From the NCBI GenBank assembly GCA_963815145.1, contig CAWFFS010000027.1, positions 126,769 through 190,768 on the forward strand: DNA of 64,000 nt, given 5' to 3'. This DNA comes from an uncultured delta proteobacterium. GTDB taxonomy: Bacteria > Desulfobacterota > DSM-4660 > Desulfatiglandales > HGW-15. This document shows positions 59,102 to 64,000 of the stretch, in pieces. The position numbers and the translations under genes are program-made. A model generated the notes under the pieces. The model ran no database searches. It saw only the letters and a list, made by a program, of their open reading frames with translations, and had not been told where the DNA came from. Every line of letters starts with the position of its first letter. The first letter of the stretch is position 1.

Positions 59102-61234
59102 TCAATTTTTTGCCGCCTTTTCTATCACCCAATCGGTCAGGATTTCTCCCGTTTCCTGGAGTAAGCTGTCCTTCTTGTCCTCCTGCTGATCATTATCTTC
59201 TTTTTTTTCTGCAGACTCCAGTTCAGCGTAATCTTTATAGGGCACCTGTCCCAGGGCCTGCCTGCGCCTGTTTTCCATGGCCAGCAGGCGCTGTTTCATT
59301 GATTCACGTTCCTGCCTTCGGACTGATTCATTGAGGGATACACTTGTTTTTTTCCTGTTTTTTTCCAGAATCTTCACACGCTCGTTAAGGTATCTGAAAT
59401 CCGCGTTTCCCTTGATGCGCTGTTCATGTTTCTTTTCCAGGTAATTGATGACAGGTGTCAGCACAGCCACTTTTCTGTAGTCAACCGGTGGGATCTGGTC
59501 CCAGGCCATGTGCTGCGGTAATGAGCTTTCGCCGATTTCATCCTTATCCAGGACTGTCGGGAAGACAATATCCGGAATTACGCCCCTGTTCTGGGTGCTT
59601 TCACCACTAATCCGGTAATATTTGGCTTCCGTGTATTTCACCCGTCCAGGGCCAAGGGGTTCAATGCTTTGAACAGTACCCTTGCCGAAAGTCTGACTTC
59701 CAACGATGATTCCGCGGCCATAATCCTGGATAGCGCCTGCAAAGATTTCCGAGGCCGATGCGCTCAGCCGGTTCACCAGTACCGCCATGGGACCGGAATA
59801 GGCAATCTTCGGATTGAAGTCACTGCCGAGCATTACCTCATCATCGGCATTTCTGATCTGGACAACAGGACCAATACTTATAAACAGTCCTGTCATATCA
59901 TTCGCTTCCTGCAGGGAACCTCCGCCGTTGTCCCGCAGATCAATAACCAGGCTGTCAATGTTCTCTTTGAGCAATTCCCTGATCAGCTTTTCTACATCAT
60001 GGGTGCCGCTCCGATAATCGGGATTTCCTGCCATGGCGGTTTTAAAGTCAATATAAAAGGCGGGCAGCCTGATAACTCCTACCCTGTATGTCTTATCACC
60101 GCGCTTTACTTCGATTACCCTTTTCTTTGCAGATTCTTCTTCCAGTTTTACAGTATCGCGTGTAATGGATATGATACTGGTCTTACTTATATCGGTTTTG
60201 TCAGCGGGTATAACCTTCAATCGGACGACAGTGCCTTTTGGGCCGCGTATGAGGTCAACAACATCATCCAGCCGCCATCCTTCCACATCCACCAGTTCAC
60301 CTTTTTCACCCTGGCCGACTGCCACAATCCGGTCTGCCGGCTTCAGTTCCTTGCCCCGGTCTGCCGGCCCCCCGGCAATAAGCTGAACAACCTTTACGTA
60401 CATATCTTCACTCTGAAGCAGGGCACCGATTCCTTCCAGAGACAAACGCATGTGGATATCAAAATTGTCCGATTGCGCCGGCGGCAGATAATCGGTATGA
60501 GGATCATAACTGTGAGTGTAGGCAGTAATGAATGAGTCAAATACGTCGGCACTGTTGGTTTGATCAAGTATACGCAACTGATTGTTATAGCGTTTTTTAA
60601 GGGTTTTTAAAATTTCTTCATCCGGTGTGTCACCGAGTTTCAGATTCAGTATTTCGTTTTTAAGCAGGCGCCGCCATAAATCTTTTGCTGCATCCATATC
60701 AGCGAGCCATGGAAGGTTTTCGCGATCCAGCTCCAGAGACTCATCCTTTTTAAAATCAAAAGAACCGATTCCCCTGTCTAACAGTTTCAGCATGTAATCC
60801 AGCCTCTGCTTTCTTCTCTCATGGTATCGGTTGAATATTAAAAAGGCGGGTTTGAGCTCACCCTTTTTCAGATCGTCATCAAAGCTATGTCGATATTTTG
60901 AAAACTCCTTGATATCGGATGCCAGAAAGTGGGCCCGCGCGAAGTCGAGTATTTTCAGGTAGCCGTTGAATACCTTCTCGCTGAATGAATCATCAATAGG
61001 CTCGTTAAGGTAATGAGACTTTTTCAGTTTTTTTACCAATTCCCTGGTGGTTTTTCCCTCTTCTTTTGTCGGAGCCAGTAAATCTTGAGTAGTCTTTTTG
61101 TCATTTCTGATTCCGGCATCAGTCTGCCTGAAATTGTCTGCCAGCAGCAGGCAGGAAAGAATAAACAGGAGCAGTGCCAGAGTTTTAAAGGAAGCAAGAA
61201 ACCGGGTTTTACTTTTCATAAATCTGTCTTCCAA
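59102..61234 (-). CDS. prc: Carboxy-terminal processing (tail-specific) protease, S41A
   Basis: DPHT, PDZ domain (GIGA), DLRDNGGGSL, SASASEI, FGKGTVQ. Confidence 0.93.
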   Translation of the reverse strand: MEDRFMKSKTRFLASFKTLALLLFILSCLLLADNFRQTDAGIRNDKKTTQDLLAPTKEEGKTTRELVKKLKKSHYLNEPIDDSFSEKVFNGYLKILDFARAHFLASDIKEFSKYRHSFDDDLKKGELKPAFLIFNRYHERRKQRLDYMLKLLDRGIGSFDFKKDESLELDRENLPWLADMDAAKDLWRRLLKNEILNLKLGDTPDEEILKTLKKRYNNQLRILDQTNSADVFDSFITAYTHSYDPHTDYLPPAQSDNFDIHMRLSLEGIGALLQSEDMYVKVVQLIAGGPADRGKELKPADRIVAVGQGEKGELVDVEGWRLDDVVDLIRGPKGTVVRLKVIPADKTDISKTSIISITRDTVKLEEESAKKRVIEVKRGDKTYRVGVIRLPAFYIDFKTAMAGNPDYRSGTHDVEKLIRELLKENIDSLVIDLRDNGGGSLQEANDMTGLFISIGPVVQIRNADDEVMLGSDFNPKIAYSGPMAVLVNRLSASASEIFAGAIQDYGRGIIVGSQTFGKGTVQSIEPLGPGRVKYTEAKYYRISGESTQNRGVIPDIVFPTVLDKDEIGESSLPQHMAWDQIPPVDYRKVAVLTPVINYLEKKHEQRIKGNADFRYLNERVKILEKNRKKTSVSLNESVRRQERESMKQRLLAMENRRRQALGQVPYKDYAELESAEKKEDNDQQEDKKDSLLQETGEILTDWVIEKAAKN

Positions 61235-61374
61235 AATACCGAATAGGTTAATAAAAAAGCAATCATTTTTACGCTCAAGCAGTCATCCTAAATAACAGGT
61301 AACGGCCTGTATGTCCAGTAGTTTCCTGACTGTAAGGCGTTTAGATCGCTGATATACGTGCTCACCGCATCCTG

Positions 61375-62757
61375 CTATATCTTTGTGAGATCAATGTTAA
61401 ACCGTTTTATCTGGCCCCAGACACTTGTTCGTGAAATATTTAAAAGGCGTGCAGCCTTTGACTGGTTGCCTCCGGATTTTATCAGGGCATCCATCAGACG
61501 CTGCCTCTTGACCGCTTCCATATCCGGAAGGTTCGCTTCAGGCAGCGATGACGCCTTTTGAAATTTTTCCGACTGAATAATATTCGGCGGCAGGTGTTCC
61601 GGCCTTATCAACTGCGCCCTGCACGCCACAAAAGCATATTCAAAGGCACTTTTCAGCTCCCTGACATTTCCGGGCCATGGATATTTCATCAGATATTCCA
61701 GGGTTTCTCCCGAGATCCCCTCAATATTTTTATCCTGTTTCAGCTTGATCCGCCTGAAAAAGGATTCTGCCAGCAGGGGGATATCGCCTACTCTTTCCCT
61801 TAATGGCGGCACCCATATAGGGATTACATTGATTCGGTAAAAAAAATCTTCCCGAAAGCCGCCTGAGGATACCAGCTCTCTCAAATCACGATTGGTGGCA
61901 GTAATGACCCTGGCATTCACAGGCCGGGGTATGTTATCCCCTACCCGTTCCACTATTTTCTCCTCCAGTACCCGCAGCAGTTTGGTCTGAATAGTGAGCG
62001 GCAGATCACCGATTTCATCAAGAAAGATATCTCCGTCTGCTGCTGCCTCGAATCTTCCTTCGTGGTTCCGGACGGCACCGGTAAATGCCCCCCTGACATG
62101 CCCGAAGAGCTCGCTTTCCAGCAGCGATTCATTCAGTGCCGAACAATTGACCTTGATAAAGGAACGACCGCTTCTACCGCTGCTCTGATGGACAGCAGAC
62201 GCTACCAGTTCTTTGCCAACGCCGCTTTCACCATAAATAATCACCGGTGCATCCGATTTGGCGGCATTACTGATGAGATCAAACACCCTGTGCATCGAGG
62301 CCGAAGCGCCTATCATACCATAAAACCTGTCCTCAGCCTGCAGTTCGCGCCTGTAGCTTTGAATCCTGGTCTCCTTTTCCATCAGGTCTGTAATATCGGT
62401 CAGGGTCTCCACCGCACCGGTTATTCTTCCGCTTTTATCTTTGAAGACCGAAGCATTTTTTATGACATTGATATATGTGCCGTCCTTATTCATAACAACA
62501 CACTTTTTATCTTTGACTTCCTCCTTTTGAAACAGTTTGCAGTACTCACAATCCGTGCTATTGCGGATTTTACTGCAGGTACTGCATTTTAATATGGAAC
62601 AGCTCTGCCCGACAACTTCCTCCCGGGTATAGCCGGTGATTGTTTCAAAAGCACGATTTACCGAAACGATGACTCCGTCGACATTTACGATCATGACTCC
62701 GTCCTGAATCGTATCTACGACAGTTTTCCAGTAATAATTCATTTCATCTTCATGCAT
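61375..62757 (-). CDS. PAS-domain sigma54-dependent transcriptional activator
   Basis: PAS domain, [22 protein letters not shown], Fis-type HTH. Confidence 0.95.
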   Translation of the reverse strand: MHEDEMNYYWKTVVDTIQDGVMIVNVDGVIVSVNRAFETITGYTREEVVGQSCSILKCSTCSKIRNSTDCEYCKLFQKEEVKDKKCVVMNKDGTYINVIKNASVFKDKSGRITGAVETLTDITDLMEKETRIQSYRRELQAEDRFYGMIGASASMHRVFDLISNAAKSDAPVIIYGESGVGKELVASAVHQSSGRSGRSFIKVNCSALNESLLESELFGHVRGAFTGAVRNHEGRFEAAADGDIFLDEIGDLPLTIQTKLLRVLEEKIVERVGDNIPRPVNARVITATNRDLRELVSSGGFREDFFYRINVIPIWVPPLRERVGDIPLLAESFFRRIKLKQDKNIEGISGETLEYLMKYPWPGNVRELKSAFEYAFVACRAQLIRPEHLPPNIIQSEKFQKASSLPEANLPDMEAVKRQRLMDALIKSGGNQSKAARLLNISRTSVWGQIKRFNIDLTKI

Positions 62758-62767
62758 ACAACACCTA

Positions 62768-62808
62768 TGTTTAATTTGTTAACATTTTTGATGTTCAATT
62801 AATTAACA
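62768..62808. promoter_or_regulatory. Candidate enhancer (UAS) pair TGTT-N9-AACA
   Basis: tgtttaatttgttaaca and tgttcaattaattaaca, ~150 bp upstream of the sigma54 promoter. Confidence 0.5.
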
Positions 62809-62948
62809 CTTTAACGCCAAAACAGCAATCAAATTTAACATTTTCTCTATAACTTACCAGTTAATGTCATAATTTTATCCCGGGTTGGTTTTATTTATTT
62901 ACTTAATATCAACTACTTACAACATATTTTTAAATTTTGACAATCTGT

Positions 62949-62964
62949 TGGCATCGCTATTGCT
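62949..62964 (+). promoter_or_regulatory. Sigma54 -24/-12 promoter
   Basis: TGGCATCGCTATTGCT with GG-N10-GC spacing. Confidence 0.8.
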
Positions 62965-63007
62965 TTATACATGAACCTGAAAACAAAAACGGCAATAAGA
63001 GCAAAGC

Positions 63008-63277
63008 ATGCGAAAACTGGACATACGAGGAATTATCCAGCCATTCAGCTTTTTAACTGCCAGTATTGAGTTCAAGGAAATACCGGACAACGAAACGCTG
63101 GAAATATGGCTGAGCAGCCCTGAAGCTGTCGAAGATCTGGTTAAAATTTTACCGGCTTCTTCGTGTGTAATTCTATCAATAAAGGAAGATAAAAATAAGA
63201 CCGGATTTCGATTGCAGTTGAAGAAAATCGGATGCAAAGGCGGTAATGCAAAATTCAATTGCCAGGAAATCCGGTAA
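63008..63277 (+). CDS. TusA-like protein lacking the catalytic Cys
   Basis: LDIRGIIQPFS in place of LDxRGxxCPxP. Confidence 0.6.
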   Translation: MRKLDIRGIIQPFSFLTASIEFKEIPDNETLEIWLSSPEAVEDLVKILPASSCVILSIKEDKNKTGFRLQLKKIGCKGGNAKFNCQEIR

Positions 63278-63302
63278 ATCAAAAACAAAAAAGGAGAATA
63301 AA

Positions 63303-63557
63303 ATGACAGATATTGATTTAAACTCAATTGAGACAACAGCAACTGTAGACGCAAGGGGAAGCGCATGTCCCGGCCCGCTTCTGGAAGCAAAAAAAGGTAT
63401 CGGCAAGGTCAAAGTGGGAGAAGTTCTGGAAATTTATTCCAGCGATGCAGGTACCCGCAACGATATACCCGCCTGGGCGAAAAAAGTCGGCCATGAATAC
63501 ATTGGTATGCTGGAAGCCGACGGCTATGACAAACATTTTGTTCGCAGAAAAAAATAG
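63303..63557 (+). CDS. tusA: TusA-family sulfur carrier
   Basis: VDARGSACPGPLL; aggag RBS before the ATG at 63303. Confidence 0.88.
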   Translation: MTDIDLNSIETTATVDARGSACPGPLLEAKKGIGKVKVGEVLEIYSSDAGTRNDIPAWAKKVGHEYIGMLEADGYDKHFVRRKK

Positions 63558-63568
63558 GCAGGCATGTG

Positions 63569-64000
63569 ATGAAACCTGTGTCAAGTTGTGAAGAATCAGG
63601 AAAGATACTGATCCTGGCCACGGAAACCTGTGCCTATCCCGGCGCAAACGCGGTGGGGCAGGCACATTCGAGCTACCCGGCCAACAGCTTTATATTACGC
63701 GTCAGATCACCTGTGATGTTTCCCGAAAAGTTTTATATGGACTGTTTTGAAAAAGGCATCGGCGGCGTCATCATCATGACCTGTGGCGAGGAATGTCCTT
63801 ATCCAGGGGCTTACCATGCCCTGGCAAAGCGAATCGACCGGGTTTACCAGACGATGAAAAGCAGGGGGCTCGACCTCCGCCGGCTGCGCCTAACCGCTAT
63901 CTGTACAGTCTGTCATCAGGGCCTTTCTCAAGGAGGTCAACGATATGAACGGATTATTGCAGGAACTGGGGTCACCCACACTTGAAATGCAGATGCATGG
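63569..64000 (+). CDS. mvhD: MvhD/FlpD-type hydrogenase/heterodisulfide reductase iron-sulfur subunit (apparent +1 frameshift near 63913; runs to the window edge)
   Basis: CAYPGA..VG.....YP, CGEECPY, RLRL..IC; the natural C-terminus IRAFLKEVNDM is in the shifted frame. Confidence 0.75.

Noticed and set aside
59669..60535. 288-aa plus-strand ORF and similar long antisense ORFs (e.g. 29937-30605, 32469-33074, 62062-62592)
   Set aside because: Shadow ORFs opposite well-supported genes, with no motifs.
1..64000. tRNA, rRNA or CRISPR-Cas loci
   Set aside because: None recognised by eye; a tRNAscan/Infernal run would be needed to exclude them formally.

Overview
Bacterial genomic window. Gene content suggests an anaerobic deltaproteobacterium (Desulfobacterota-like); this is inference from gene families only. 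The metabolic backbone includes a W/Mo aldehyde:ferredoxin oxidoreductase with a Tat-exported ferredoxin, two NAD-dependent aldehyde dehydrogenases, a DMSO-reductase-family molybdoenzyme, and an operon of Mop-type aldehyde oxidoreductase, DsrC/TusE, cysteine desulfurase and a selenocysteine formate dehydrogenase. It also has a BlaI/M56 module, Prc and a sigma54 activator. Two accessory islands interrupt this backbone, both integrase-less integron cassette arrays. Array 1 (~8.7-20.8 kb) has 8 clear attC sites and 1 degenerate one and is rich in putative anti-phage cargo: a PARIS-like pair, HEPN, PD-(D/E)XK, GIY-YIG and an unknown two-gene ATPase cassette. It is bracketed by an 884-bp ~99% identical direct repeat encoding a stand-alone HTH + RNA polymerase alpha-CTD-like protein. 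Array 2 (~48.3-51.0 kb) carries an ORF-less group IIC-attC intron and starts at the end of a tyrosine-recombinase element. RAYT-type HUH transposases with perfect terminal inverted repeats, and their orphan ends, repeatedly truncate neighbouring genes. There are two MITEs with clear target-site duplications, and a recurring TATRTC-N6-GAYATA palindrome upstream of the aldehyde/molybdoenzyme genes. Several single-base frameshifts may be sequencing errors. All calls were made by eye; no database searches were run.
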